The position numbers and the translations under genes were made by a program. The notes under the pieces were generated by a model. It was given only the letters and a program-made list of their open reading frames with translations. It made no database searches and was not told the origin of the DNA. From a virus: a DNA stretch of 64,000 nucleotides. This document shows, one piece after another, positions 10,367 through 18,607 of the stretch (positions are counted from its first letter, which is position 1; every line of letters starts with the position of its first letter). Location: UHGV virus genome UHGV-0214148; one strand, written 5' to 3'.

Positions 10367-11377
10367 TTACGTTAGCATCCCTATAAATGCGACACCCGCC
10401 GCCAAATACGCAGGGACAGATTTAAATAGGTCTGAGCCGTCCTTACGAATGTAAGAACGCGTCTCGTAGAATTCTTTACGCGCCTCAGCCCGTGACTTCG
10501 CTTCCAATTCCTGTTGCTTGAATGCTAAAGTCAATCGCTCCTTTTCTAAAGCCATGCTCTGTAGTTGTTTCTTGTGTTCCAATTCTAACTTGTCTTTTGC
10601 CGAATCCAAGCTTTCTAATTTTTCTTTGTACTGCTCCTCTAAACGTTGCTTAATCTCAAAGAGGCCGGGAACTGCTTCTTGCCATCGAAACGCGTCTGCC
10701 GCTGCCTCATCCTTAAATAATCTAAACGGTGAAGTAATGTCGTCAAATTCAAAATGAATCATTCGACTGCCTTCCACCCTCGTTCCACCTCCTATTATCA
10801 TGTAAACGCCCGGTTCATAATAGCGTGACGTTATTGGTTCGATTTTCATTTTCGTACCGTAGAAACGTAGCCACCGATAATTGTCAGGCTCGTCGTAGCG
10901 CTGCACAACAACAACACCCAATGTAAATTCAGTGCGCTCACCTCCAGGGCGCATAGTTGGGGGTTTACTATCTAAGCGTATCGGTGTTGTTGAGAAAGCA
11001 AAGCCTAACTGCTTTAGTACAACCAAATCTCCTCGCAGCAACGCACCAACGTCGTTTACTGCATACTCTAACGTTACCTCCCCTTTTTCTTTCAATTGGT
11101 CGCAAAAGCGAGAAAACTGTTTTCCCGGCATCAGTTCAGCAAACCCATTGAGATTCGCGCATCTTCCGTATGATTGATACGTCACGTAAACGATAACCCC
11201 ATGCTCATCAGCGGGGTTTTTCGAAGCATTTAAAATAAAGCTACCGCCACTGGTTTCAGTGACGTGGATAGGCACGCCAGTGTTATTTTCAAACGTAACA
11301 AGTTTCCTCAATCCAGACGTTTGACATAACGAGCGTTCAGAGATACTGGGCACCACATCAATATCAAGACGTTTCAT
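10367..11377 (-). CDS. hypothetical protein (336 aa) with central coiled coil and C-terminal hydrophobic anchor
   Basis: ORF track; Lys/Glu-rich heptad region (EIKQRLEEQYKEKLESLDSAKDKLELEHKK...) and C-terminal VPAYLAAGVAFIGMLT. Confidence 0.8.
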   Translation of the reverse strand: MKRLDIDVVPSISERSLCQTSGLRKLVTFENNTGVPIHVTETSGGSFILNASKNPADEHGVIVYVTYQSYGRCANLNGFAELMPGKQFSRFCDQLKEKGEVTLEYAVNDVGALLRGDLVVLKQLGFAFSTTPIRLDSKPPTMRPGGERTEFTLGVVVVQRYDEPDNYRWLRFYGTKMKIEPITSRYYEPGVYMIIGGGTRVEGSRMIHFEFDDITSPFRLFKDEAAADAFRWQEAVPGLFEIKQRLEEQYKEKLESLDSAKDKLELEHKKQLQSMALEKERLTLAFKQQELEAKSRAEARKEFYETRSYIRKDGSDLFKSVPAYLAAGVAFIGMLT

Positions 11378-11467
11378 GGGAACCCAAGCTAAATTTTAAT
11401 GATGACACATATCTTTAGTTTAAACTGTATTTTTTCCATACATACTCCTTTAAAACCAACTGGCCGT

Positions 11468-11490
11468 CTCCCTTTAATAATATCTATCCA
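11468..11490 (-). promoter_or_regulatory. promoter-like conserved motif, copy 5 (weakest)
   Basis: Minus-sense TGGATAGATATTATTAAAGGGAG, ~90 nt upstream of ATG 11377, immediately after the MCP terminator. Confidence 0.35.
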
Positions 11491-11491
11491 A

Positions 11492-11544
11492 AAAATAATA
11501 GAAAGAAAAAAAAATAAAAGGTCTAAGCCCCGAAGGGCTTAGAC
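11492..11544 (-). terminator. intrinsic terminator after putative capsid gene
   Basis: Stem gtctaagccc / gggcttagac (11521-11544) with 4-nt loop; on minus strand followed by CTTTTATTTTTTTTTCTTTC. Confidence 0.8.
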
Positions 11545-11559
11545 TCTTTTTAAGCAAGA

Positions 11560-13854
11560 TTACTTACCAGCAGCAGCTTTGCCTTCGCCAGCAACGTTAC
11601 CTGCTACACCACCTTCGGTTTGTTTCTGACCGTTCTGTTCAACAGAAACATTGTAAGCCAGTTTTTCTTCAACCAGTTTGGTGATGCCTTTAACCCAGAT
11701 CAGACCAGTGATCGGGCAGTGGCAGATGTGCGCGTTACGCGGCTGTACGGCCAGCTCTTTAGAGGTAGAACCGTTACGCTGAATGTTGATGTTGGTAACC
11801 ATGATCGGAGACCAGAAGTGGTTACCCCAGTTCAGCACGTTGTAGGAACCATCGTCCGCAGTCGGAACTTTCAGGAACCATTGCAGACGACGAGTCCAGG
11901 AACCGTCAGCTGCGTTGTAGATACGCCAGCGGTCATCGTTGGTGGTGATCACTTCGTATTCGTAGCGATCGCCCAGCAGACGTTGGTCGCCCTGTACCAG
12001 CAGCAGCATAGATGCAGTCGGTTCGTCAGTTGCAATAACAACTTTCGGCAGAATGTCCGGATCGGCAGTGTACAGACGCAGCGCAGGAATGAAGCGAGAT
12101 TCCTGGATAGCCTGAGTTACCTGATTACCGATACGCTGTACCAGGCCCTGACGAGCGTTGATCAGTGCATCTTTGGTATCCAGGGACTGTACAACTTCAT
12201 CAACGTTGTAGTCAGACTCTTTGAACCACGGAGCAACCCAGTGACGGCCCAGACCACGAATGGCCGGTTTGTCCCACGGAGTGATCATGCTTGCAGCAGC
12301 GTTACGTACCGCTTCGGTGTAAGACAGCGTCTGAGTGATAGCCAGCTGTTCGTTACGGATGTTAACTGCGGAAATCAGGTCGTCCAGACGTTCGGTATCG
12401 TCGTATTCAACGCCAACCGGAGACTTGGTCAGGATCGGAGAACCGTATTGCAGTTTGTAGTTTTCTTGTTCCCAGATTGGGTCAAGCAGCAGACCCTGGG
12501 TACGACGGTTTTCGTTGGTACGAGTACCATCGAAGCGCCAGCCCATCAGTTCAAGTTTCAGACCGTCCAGGATAACTTTGCCGGTACCAGATTTGGTATC
12601 AACTTTGTTACCGGTAGCGTCGTACAGACCTTCGATTTCCAGTTTGTGACCAGCGATGTCAACTTTACCACCGAACTGACCGGTAGTGAACAGAGACATG
12701 TTGATGGTGATCACATAACGCAGGGTGTAGGAGTTCTGTTCCAGTGATTTCAGTGCCGGAATAGCTTCGCCTTTCCAGTCGGTGGTTTTCGCATTCAGAG
12801 AGAACGCAGTACGACGGAATTGCAGTACCAGCTCACGGCCATCACCTTCAGCAGGACGCTGGAAGGTTGCGAACTGCATGTCACGAACGTGCAGTTTGAT
12901 GAATTTACCTGCTTTCGCTTCTTCGGTCGGTTTACGTACGGAAATCAGCAGGCTGCCCAGAGCACAACCCGGTGCGATTTCATCAGTTTCGTCGTAACCT
13001 TCCTGAACGATACCCGGATGCGCAGACAGCTGGAACAGGTTCAGAGTGTCTTTAGCAAAGCTCAGGTAGTTAGTCGGGTACGGAGGTACACGACCCAGGC
13101 GAACAGATTCGTTCGGTACCAGTTCTTCGCTTACGAAGTATTCAGCGTTTTCACCGGTTTCCATTACGTAAGGAACGATGTTGATCGCTTCGTCCTGAAG
13201 AACGGTGTGGTCAGTCAGCGCTTCGTGCAGGTTACGACGATGATCTTCAACAACGTCTTTGGTCAGTAACGCGTGCATGACACCACGAGAAACGGTGGTC
13301 ACTTTGGTACGTACGGTAATACCAACATCGTTGGTGTCAACGGTGATGGTCGGGAACAGAGTCTCAGCAAAACGAGACTGAGTTTCCAGAGCACGTACGT
13401 TCAGCGTCCAGGTCAGACCCAGGTTTTTGTCGTAATCTTTGTTGGTGTAGTATTCCTGAGCAACAACCATACGCTCTTTGCCCCAGTCGCCGTTACCAGC
13501 TTGGGAACCAGGAATCGCAACGTCCAGGTTAAAACGGCTATGGAATTCTGGCTTAGCGTATTCTTGCGCTACTTTTTCTTGCAGGTCCATACCGTGACCA
13601 GCAGCACCCAGAATCATTGCAGAAGCAACTTCCGCAGCGTGGGACATTTTCTTACCGCCAGCAAACGCGTTTGCGTAGTGCTGTGCAGCATCGTCACGCA
13701 GGGTACCAAAAACTTTCGTGTTGCTACGTACAGACTCACCAGCAACGATGGTGTTCCACATTTCGCCAGCACTGTTGTTACTAATGACGCTTTGTACCAG
13801 CGAGTTACCAGCTTGTACGAGTTTCTCCAGATTAGAGATTCGGGTATCTTTCAT
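11560..13854 (-). CDS. putative major capsid protein (764 aa)
   Basis: ORF track; strongly biased highly-expressed-type codon usage (produces a 375-aa antisense ORF artefact); strong terminator downstream; size matches phiKZ-like jumbo-phage capsid proteins. Function is inference. Confidence 0.55.
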   Translation of the reverse strand: MKDTRISNLEKLVQAGNSLVQSVISNNSAGEMWNTIVAGESVRSNTKVFGTLRDDAAQHYANAFAGGKKMSHAAEVASAMILGAAGHGMDLQEKVAQEYAKPEFHSRFNLDVAIPGSQAGNGDWGKERMVVAQEYYTNKDYDKNLGLTWTLNVRALETQSRFAETLFPTITVDTNDVGITVRTKVTTVSRGVMHALLTKDVVEDHRRNLHEALTDHTVLQDEAINIVPYVMETGENAEYFVSEELVPNESVRLGRVPPYPTNYLSFAKDTLNLFQLSAHPGIVQEGYDETDEIAPGCALGSLLISVRKPTEEAKAGKFIKLHVRDMQFATFQRPAEGDGRELVLQFRRTAFSLNAKTTDWKGEAIPALKSLEQNSYTLRYVITINMSLFTTGQFGGKVDIAGHKLEIEGLYDATGNKVDTKSGTGKVILDGLKLELMGWRFDGTRTNENRRTQGLLLDPIWEQENYKLQYGSPILTKSPVGVEYDDTERLDDLISAVNIRNEQLAITQTLSYTEAVRNAAASMITPWDKPAIRGLGRHWVAPWFKESDYNVDEVVQSLDTKDALINARQGLVQRIGNQVTQAIQESRFIPALRLYTADPDILPKVVIATDEPTASMLLLVQGDQRLLGDRYEYEVITTNDDRWRIYNAADGSWTRRLQWFLKVPTADDGSYNVLNWGNHFWSPIMVTNINIQRNGSTSKELAVQPRNAHICHCPITGLIWVKGITKLVEEKLAYNVSVEQNGQKQTEGGVAGNVAGEGKAAAGK

Positions 13855-13866
13855 TTGTTTAATACC

Positions 13867-14391
13867 TTAATGAGATAAATGACATGCGTATAATTGCGTC
13901 AGCACTTCGTTAGCGGCAAACTGCGTTGAGGTACTGAAGCAGTCATCCACGACGCGAGTCTTGGTACGCATATATTTAAAAAGTTCTGCGCAGAACATCT
14001 TTTTCGCAGCGTGGTCTTCACCCGAAGAAAAACCCGAACCGGACTTCGCTTCTGCAAATGACGCCACAATCGTATCACCACGTTGAGTAAACACCCAACG
14101 TACGCGACAAGGAATTGTTTCCCCATATAAATCGTCAAGGGAAACCTTTTCGCCTGATTCGACCAGACGTAACACCTGATCATAATATTTACCTGGAAGC
14201 ACAGGCGGAGCCATCAGTGCTTTATAAATAGCAGAACGACTTACTTCAGGTAAGATAATAGAACTGAAACCATTCGGACAGTCATATAACCAGTTAAAGA
14301 ACCCTGCCTGGAGCAATTCTATACTTTTAACGGCAGCGCCTTTATCTATGTTAGGTTGAACTTCCCACGGTGGACTAAAACGAATTTGCAT
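13867..14391 (-). CDS. hypothetical protein (174 aa), upstream of putative capsid gene
   Basis: ORF track; only 12 nt before capsid ATG, so co-transcribed; start lies 14 nt from a divergent plus-strand start. Confidence 0.75.
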   Translation of the reverse strand: MQIRFSPPWEVQPNIDKGAAVKSIELLQAGFFNWLYDCPNGFSSIILPEVSRSAIYKALMAPPVLPGKYYDQVLRLVESGEKVSLDDLYGETIPCRVRWVFTQRGDTIVASFAEAKSGSGFSSGEDHAAKKMFCAELFKYMRTKTRVVDDCFSTSTQFAANEVLTQLYACHLSH

Positions 14392-14404
14392 TTAAGGATG
14401 CTCC

Positions 14405-15967
14405 ATGAATAACAAAATGATGTTGATAACCGCCTTAGCCACATTATACGCTGAAAGTCTTCTGACCGATCCTGAAAAGGACCACGACATCATAAGAAAA
14501 GTGCTGTTAGAGGCTAAGCTTCCTGATTACGCAGAAGAAGGTGACGAACGTGCCGCCCTCGTCGAAATCAAGGATATCATCACATCCATCATAGACGGCG
14601 GTATGCCTTACGACCACACAAACGTCATGAAACGTTTGAAACTGGCCACTACGCAAATACGTCCTCTATACGATACGATTACCAAATTCCTGGAAGATGA
14701 TATTCCAGAAGAACCAGAAGCACGCATCGAGCATCTTAATCGCCAAGTAGCACAATACTACTTTCAGTTACGTCAAGCTATTCAAGGCGTACAACTGAAA
14801 CAAAAATTGGGTCGTACGTTAGGCGCACTGAACGGCACTGAAACGCGTGTTGATTTACAAACGGCGCTCAACGACCTTAAGGATACCTTATCCACGTTCA
14901 GTGAACGCTCTCATAATAAGATTCCTTCTCTGGTAGGGGAATTGATTACTGACAATAAAGCACCCTTCGTACATGTATTCGACTCTATCAGTAAGAAAGC
15001 GGCAGGGAACGGGTTGCGTACGGGGTGGAAAGCAATTAACCAAATGCTTGGCTGTAACAAAGGGATCACTGAAGAACTCTGGCTGATGCCTGCTCTCCCC
15101 TTTAACTGTAAGTCATTATTCAGTTTATTGCTCTCTATTAGCATTCCTGTATTCAACACCCCAGAAAAGGTGATGGCAAATGTTAAAGGTGACTTACAAC
15201 CGGTTATTCTGGATTTAAGTTTAGAAAACGAATTAGATGTTAACTTGGCTTACGCGTATCAAGCACTTTACGGACACTTTGAAGGTACAGCTCCGGTAAT
15301 GGTTGCACCTGAAACGGCAACTGACGAAGAAAAAGCGCTACACAATGCACAAATGTCAGATTACCTCTGTAGTAAAATGCGGGCAAACGGTTGGGAGTAT
15401 ATTTTCCAAAAACACACAAACTCCGATTTTAAAATTCACTATTTGAATGATTTGATTTTAGATTTAAAACGTCGAGGTTATCATGTAGCTGGAATACGCG
15501 GAGACTATTTCGGTACTATCAGCAAAGCAGGACACGGTAACGGTATTGCGGGTAGTGACATTAAAGAAATTTATCGTATCGCGCGAAACATCCAAGTGGT
15601 ACGTAATCGTGGTTTCCTCTTAGCACCACACCAAATCTCACCAGAAGGCAAAAAATTAAAAGCACTCGACCCAGCAAGTTTCTGTAAGAGCTTACCTGGT
15701 CGTGGTCTTTACGACAACTGCTCTAGCTTAGACAACGAAGCTGACGGTGAGATGTATTTTAACAAACGTGTCGTCAGCGGACACAGCTATTTAGAAGTAC
15801 AACGCGGTAAACACCGTACCATTATTGACACCAAAGAAGCTTATCATTATACTGTAATACCTTTCCGCGATGTTGGCATTTTGCCATGGGATTGTGATAA
15901 AGAAGAAACTGTAACAGCCTCGTCGATTAACGTATTTACCGGCGGCATGGGTGACGAACTCTTTTGA
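14405..15967 (+). CDS. hypothetical protein (520 aa)
   Basis: ORF track; AAGGA Shine-Dalgarno 6 nt upstream; followed by hairpin 15972-15989. Confidence 0.85.
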   Translation: MNNKMMLITALATLYAESLLTDPEKDHDIIRKVLLEAKLPDYAEEGDERAALVEIKDIITSIIDGGMPYDHTNVMKRLKLATTQIRPLYDTITKFLEDDIPEEPEARIEHLNRQVAQYYFQLRQAIQGVQLKQKLGRTLGALNGTETRVDLQTALNDLKDTLSTFSERSHNKIPSLVGELITDNKAPFVHVFDSISKKAAGNGLRTGWKAINQMLGCNKGITEELWLMPALPFNCKSLFSLLLSISIPVFNTPEKVMANVKGDLQPVILDLSLENELDVNLAYAYQALYGHFEGTAPVMVAPETATDEEKALHNAQMSDYLCSKMRANGWEYIFQKHTNSDFKIHYLNDLILDLKRRGYHVAGIRGDYFGTISKAGHGNGIAGSDIKEIYRIARNIQVVRNRGFLLAPHQISPEGKKLKALDPASFCKSLPGRGLYDNCSSLDNEADGEMYFNKRVVSGHSYLEVQRGKHRTIIDTKEAYHYTVIPFRDVGILPWDCDKEETVTASSINVFTGGMGDELF

Positions 15968-15971
15968 GTCT

Positions 15972-15989
15972 GGGGAGCTTCGGCTCCCC
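15972..15989. terminator. stem-loop with UUCG-type tetraloop after plus-strand gene
   Basis: ggggagc TTCG gctcccc; no T-run on plus strand, A9 run at 16018-16026. Confidence 0.45.
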
Positions 15990-16109
15990 CTATAACCCCT
16001 TATGCGTCTCGGAAAGCAAAAAAAAACAGAAGACTATTAATTATGAATGGAAAACAACTACCGAACTAAGCAGGGGGTGGTAGCAACACCCCCTTTATTA
16101 GTTAGTAAC

Positions 16110-16271
16110 TTATCTCCTTACAGGTGGTTGGTGAACATTGTGGTTGTTAACCGTTTTCGGTGCCGCAACGAGGCCGAGACGAACATATTCGTCCATGCGT
16201 TGGTTAAACTGAATTTGTTTCTCACGATTTCGCATCGCGGTATTGAACATCTGTATTTGATATTCGTTCAT
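16110..16271 (-). CDS. small basic protein, paralog family member A (53 aa)
   Basis: Hand translation MNEYQIQMFNTAMRNREKQIQFNQRMDEYVRLGLVAAPKTVNNHNVHQPPVRR; lies downstream of repeat copy 1; not in ORF track (under 60 aa). Confidence 0.45.
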   Translation of the reverse strand: MNEYQIQMFNTAMRNREKQIQFNQRMDEYVRLGLVAAPKTVNNHNVHQPPVRR

Positions 16272-16330
16272 TTTTCATTACCTTTCGTAATGTTGTAAAA
16301 ACGTCAACAACTTTATGTGTTGACACCGTA

Positions 16331-16420
16331 CAGTAGAGACTGTTCCACCAGTCTCTACTGCTTTAACTTCTCTTTGGAAAAGTTAAAGCTAAGAAAAGGG
16401 GTGGTGAAGCACCCTTTTTT
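16331..16420. repeat. structured repeat unit, copy 1
   Basis: Variable hairpin (cagtagagactg/cagtctctactg) + conserved core CTGCTTTAACTTCTCTTTGGAAAAGTTAAAGC (16358-16389) + hairpin with T-run (16394-16420). Confidence 0.7.
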
Positions 16421-16492
16421 ATACCTACGACCACCATCTCGGCAGGTTACTGTACGAGGAGGAGGGGCGCTGACACGCCCCTCCTTTATTTG

Positions 16493-16666
16493 TTAGTAGT
16501 GTTCACTCCTCTTTTCAGTGAATATCTGCGTGAAACGGTTGGTAGACGGTTTTAACCGTTTATCCATGCCGAGCTGACTATACTTGTAGATACGTTGCTG
16601 TAAATTGGTCTTTGCTGCACTCTGTTCTGCAAGCATTTTGTCAGTAAAGTAGTAACCATTGTTCAT
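16493..16666 (-). CDS. small basic protein, paralog family member B1 (57 aa)
   Basis: Hand translation MNNGYYFTDKMLAEQSAAKTNLQQRIYKYSQLGMDKRLKPSTNRFTQIFTEKRSEHY; clear protein-level paralog of B2 with many synonymous codon differences. Confidence 0.6.
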   Translation of the reverse strand: MNNGYYFTDKMLAEQSAAKTNLQQRIYKYSQLGMDKRLKPSTNRFTQIFTEKRSEHY

Positions 16667-16727
16667 GGTAAGCCCTCTTTGTAGGGTGATTAAAGAAATC
16701 CACTACGGAAACGTGGTGGTGCTGTAA

Positions 16728-16820
16728 AGGGTACGCTGGTGCTACAGCGTACCCTGCTTTAACTTCTCTTTCGAAAAGTTAAAGCTATGTAAAGGGGTGT
16801 GACAGCACCCCTTTATTTTA
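16728..16820. repeat. structured repeat unit, copy 2
   Basis: Variable hairpin (agggtacgctg/cagcgtaccct) + core CTGCTTTAACTTCTCTTTCGAAAAGTTAAAGC (16754-16785) + hairpin with T-rich tail (16791-16820). Confidence 0.7.
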
Positions 16821-16821
16821 T

Positions 16822-16992
16822 TTAGTAGTTACTTCTCCTTTCGGTGAAGATCTGTACTCGAGGATTGTTAGAGGCTTTAAGCCTTTTATTTAATCCGAGT
16901 TGTTGAACCTCTCTTAGTCGTTCATTAAACCTCGCTTGTTCTGCATAGCTGTTTGAGATAGAAGTAAAGATACGTGTATTGTTGTTAGTCAT
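16822..16992 (-). CDS. small basic protein, paralog family member B2 (56 aa)
   Basis: Hand translation MTNNNTRIFTSISNSYAEQARFNERLREVQQLGLNKRLKASNNPRVQIFTERRSNY; shares QLG(M/L)xKRLK...QIFTE(K/R)RS..Y with B1. Confidence 0.6.
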   Translation of the reverse strand: MTNNNTRIFTSISNSYAEQARFNERLREVQQLGLNKRLKASNNPRVQIFTERRSNY

Positions 16993-17048
16993 GTTAAAAC
17001 CTCACACGAGTTGGGGATTAAGCTATTACGTACCGGTAATAGCGACAA

Positions 17049-17135
17049 GTAGGGACTGTATAGGCAGTCCCTACTGCTTTAACTTCTCTTTCGAAAAGAT
17101 AAAGCGCCTATGGGGAGTGTTGGCGCATTCCCCCT
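17049..17135. repeat. structured repeat unit, copy 3
   Basis: Variable hairpin (gtagggactg/cagtccctac) + core CTGCTTTAACTTCTCTTTCGAAAAGATAAAGC (17074-17105) + G/C-rich structure. Confidence 0.65.
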
Positions 17136-17153
17136 TTAGGTTGTTACCCCCTC

Positions 17154-17282
17154 TCAACTACCGACTGGGTGTTTCTTGGGTTGTGTTAACGTTGGTTGCG
17201 CTATTTCACTAACCCTTCGTTGAAATTCGAGCTGTTTTACGGACAACTCGTTTAACCGTCGAAACAACAGTTCATGTTTCAT
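17154..17282 (-). CDS. small basic ORF C (42 aa)
   Basis: ATG 17280-17282 preceded by AGGAG 8 nt upstream; hand translation MKHELLFRRLNELSVKQLEFQRRVSEIAQPTLTQPKKHPVGS. Confidence 0.35.
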   Translation of the reverse strand: MKHELLFRRLNELSVKQLEFQRRVSEIAQPTLTQPKKHPVGS

Positions 17283-17309
17283 GAACTTATCTCCTATGTT
17301 GAATTTGCG

Positions 17310-17365
17310 AAAATAAATAAAGTGTACCCCTAATCCCGAAAAGGATTAGGGGTTGCTTTTATTTA
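17310..17365. terminator. bidirectional intrinsic terminator
   Basis: Stem cccctaatcc (17327-17336) / ggattagggg (17343-17352), 6-nt loop, A/T-rich runs on both sides. Confidence 0.6.
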
Positions 17366-18174
17366 GTCGCTACGTATTGAACATGACCACATTCCTTACA
17401 TTGCACGTTGGCTTTCGGGATTGTCAGGCCGGTTAAAGGAACACGTATTTGGTACTGTGCTCCACATTCTTCACAAACAAAATCGTATTCTGGATAGACA
17501 CGACCTTTTAATTTCTCTTCTTTCCTTAGTGTGCCTGCTAAGAACAGCATCGCACCTAACGCTTCATTAATCTGCTGTTCCCATTCTCCGTCTAACGGGT
17601 AAGCGAACGCACGAGTCAACGTTTCCACCATCTCTGGAGCATTACTTACATAAACGTGTTTCAGTTCAAACTCAACACGCTGTAAGCCAAACAATACGCG
17701 CGCTGTTACTGTAACGTTATCTAATGTTTGTGCAAACACAACAGGATTATCGTCACCGTACATTGCGAATAACGCAGCACGTTCGTATTCGATATCACTC
17801 CACTCGATTAGTTCTACAGATTTAATCTCTTCCGCAATCGCTGCATTACCGAACGTTTCATGTTCCAATAATCCGACGATAACTTCATTCAACGATTTCA
17901 ATTGCTGTAAACGAATCACAGGATCGGTGTTCACGATAAGCAAACGATGCATTCTGGATTTCAACCAGTTAATCGTTCCTTCTACACCACCCCCAAACGA
18001 GCAGATGCTTATCACTTCAGGTTCGCGAAGGATAAGAGTGGATTTTCCTGCTGCCGTACTCAAGTAGAGTTTAAAAGACTTATCGCTGGACTCTACAACG
18101 ATGGCAATGTCTTCAGTTGGAACGAAGTTTTCATTGCTCAGTCCACGCGGAAAATAATCTTTAATGGTAATCAT
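17359..18174 (-). CDS. hypothetical protein (271 aa) with C-terminal C4 zinc-ribbon-like motif
   Basis: ORF track; GGAG Shine-Dalgarno upstream of ATG 18174; C-terminal CEECG...(17 aa)...CKECG. Confidence 0.8.
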   Translation of the reverse strand: MITIKDYFPRGLSNENFVPTEDIAIVVESSDKSFKLYLSTAAGKSTLILREPEVISICSFGGGVEGTINWLKSRMHRLLIVNTDPVIRLQQLKSLNEVIVGLLEHETFGNAAIAEEIKSVELIEWSDIEYERAALFAMYGDDNPVVFAQTLDNVTVTARVLFGLQRVEFELKHVYVSNAPEMVETLTRAFAYPLDGEWEQQINEALGAMLFLAGTLRKEEKLKGRVYPEYDFVCEECGAQYQIRVPLTGLTIPKANVQCKECGHVQYVATK

Positions 18175-18190
18175 CTTTTATGCTCCAATT

Positions 18191-18222
18191 AATAAAAAAA
18201 TTAAGGGCACCCGAAGGTGCCT
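18191..18222 (-). terminator. intrinsic terminator after small lipoprotein-like gene
   Basis: Stem aagggcacc / ggtgcctt (18203-18222) with 4-nt loop; on minus strand followed by AATTTTTTTATT. Confidence 0.75.
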
Positions 18223-18228
18223 TATACA

Positions 18229-18372
18229 TTAACCACGACCAGTGCACTGTGCAACGGAATTACCGTTGTCGATGCAAGTGTCGTAGCCTTTGTCGATGTC
18301 CAGATACAGGCAACCCAGAACAACAGCGATAACAACAGCGAAGATAGCTTTTTTGTGTTTTACAGAAATCAT
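18229..18372 (-). CDS. small membrane/lipoprotein-like protein (47 aa)
   Basis: ATG 18370-18372 with AGGAG 8 nt upstream; hand translation MISVKHKKAIFAVVIAVVLGCLYLDIDKGYDTCIDNGNSVAQCTGRG; lipobox-like VVLGC; optimal codons; terminator directly downstream; promoter-like motif upstream. Not in ORF track. Confidence 0.55.
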   Translation of the reverse strand: MISVKHKKAIFAVVIAVVLGCLYLDIDKGYDTCIDNGNSVAQCTGRG

Positions 18373-18419
18373 GATATAACTCCTAATTAAGTATTCGATA
18401 AATGAGTATTACGTAAACT

Positions 18420-18443
18420 CTCACCTAGGTAATATATATCTGA
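18420..18443 (-). promoter_or_regulatory. promoter-like conserved motif, copy 1
   Basis: Minus-sense TCAGATATATATTACCTAGGTGAG, ~48 nt upstream of ATG 18372. Confidence 0.5.
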
Positions 18444-18607
18444 AATCTTTTTGAATCCATATACCCTCTAGAACGCTCTAAAACGCATTCTGACGCAATT
18501 TTCTTTTTAAAGGGTAATTAGTCGTCTTAGCGGTTAAATGACTTCTGCGTGTCGTTTAGGAATAAATAAAAGGTATTCCCGTTACCCATAGAGGTAACGG
18601 GAAGTTT

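Noticed and set aside
10367-11377. GGGT string (MIIGGGTRVEGS) as a possible tubulin/PhuZ signature
   Set aside because: The full GGGTGSG motif is missing and the protein has a coiled coil and membrane anchor.
11620-12747. 375-aa plus-strand ORF antisense to the putative capsid gene (also 12820-13269 and 13273-13878)
   Set aside because: Lies wholly inside the strongly codon-biased 764-aa minus-strand gene; the translation is Phe/Val/Asn-rich low complexity typical of an antisense frame.
16047-17212. Track plus-strand ORFs 16047..16298 and 16979..17212
   Set aside because: They run through terminator-like hairpins and overlap minus-strand small ORFs that show paralog conservation with synonymous changes; the minus-strand reading is preferred.
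15968-17358. CRISPR array interpretation of the three repeats
   Set aside because: Repeats are ~90 nt with internal hairpins, spaced 320-400 nt apart, and the intervening segments encode related small proteins.
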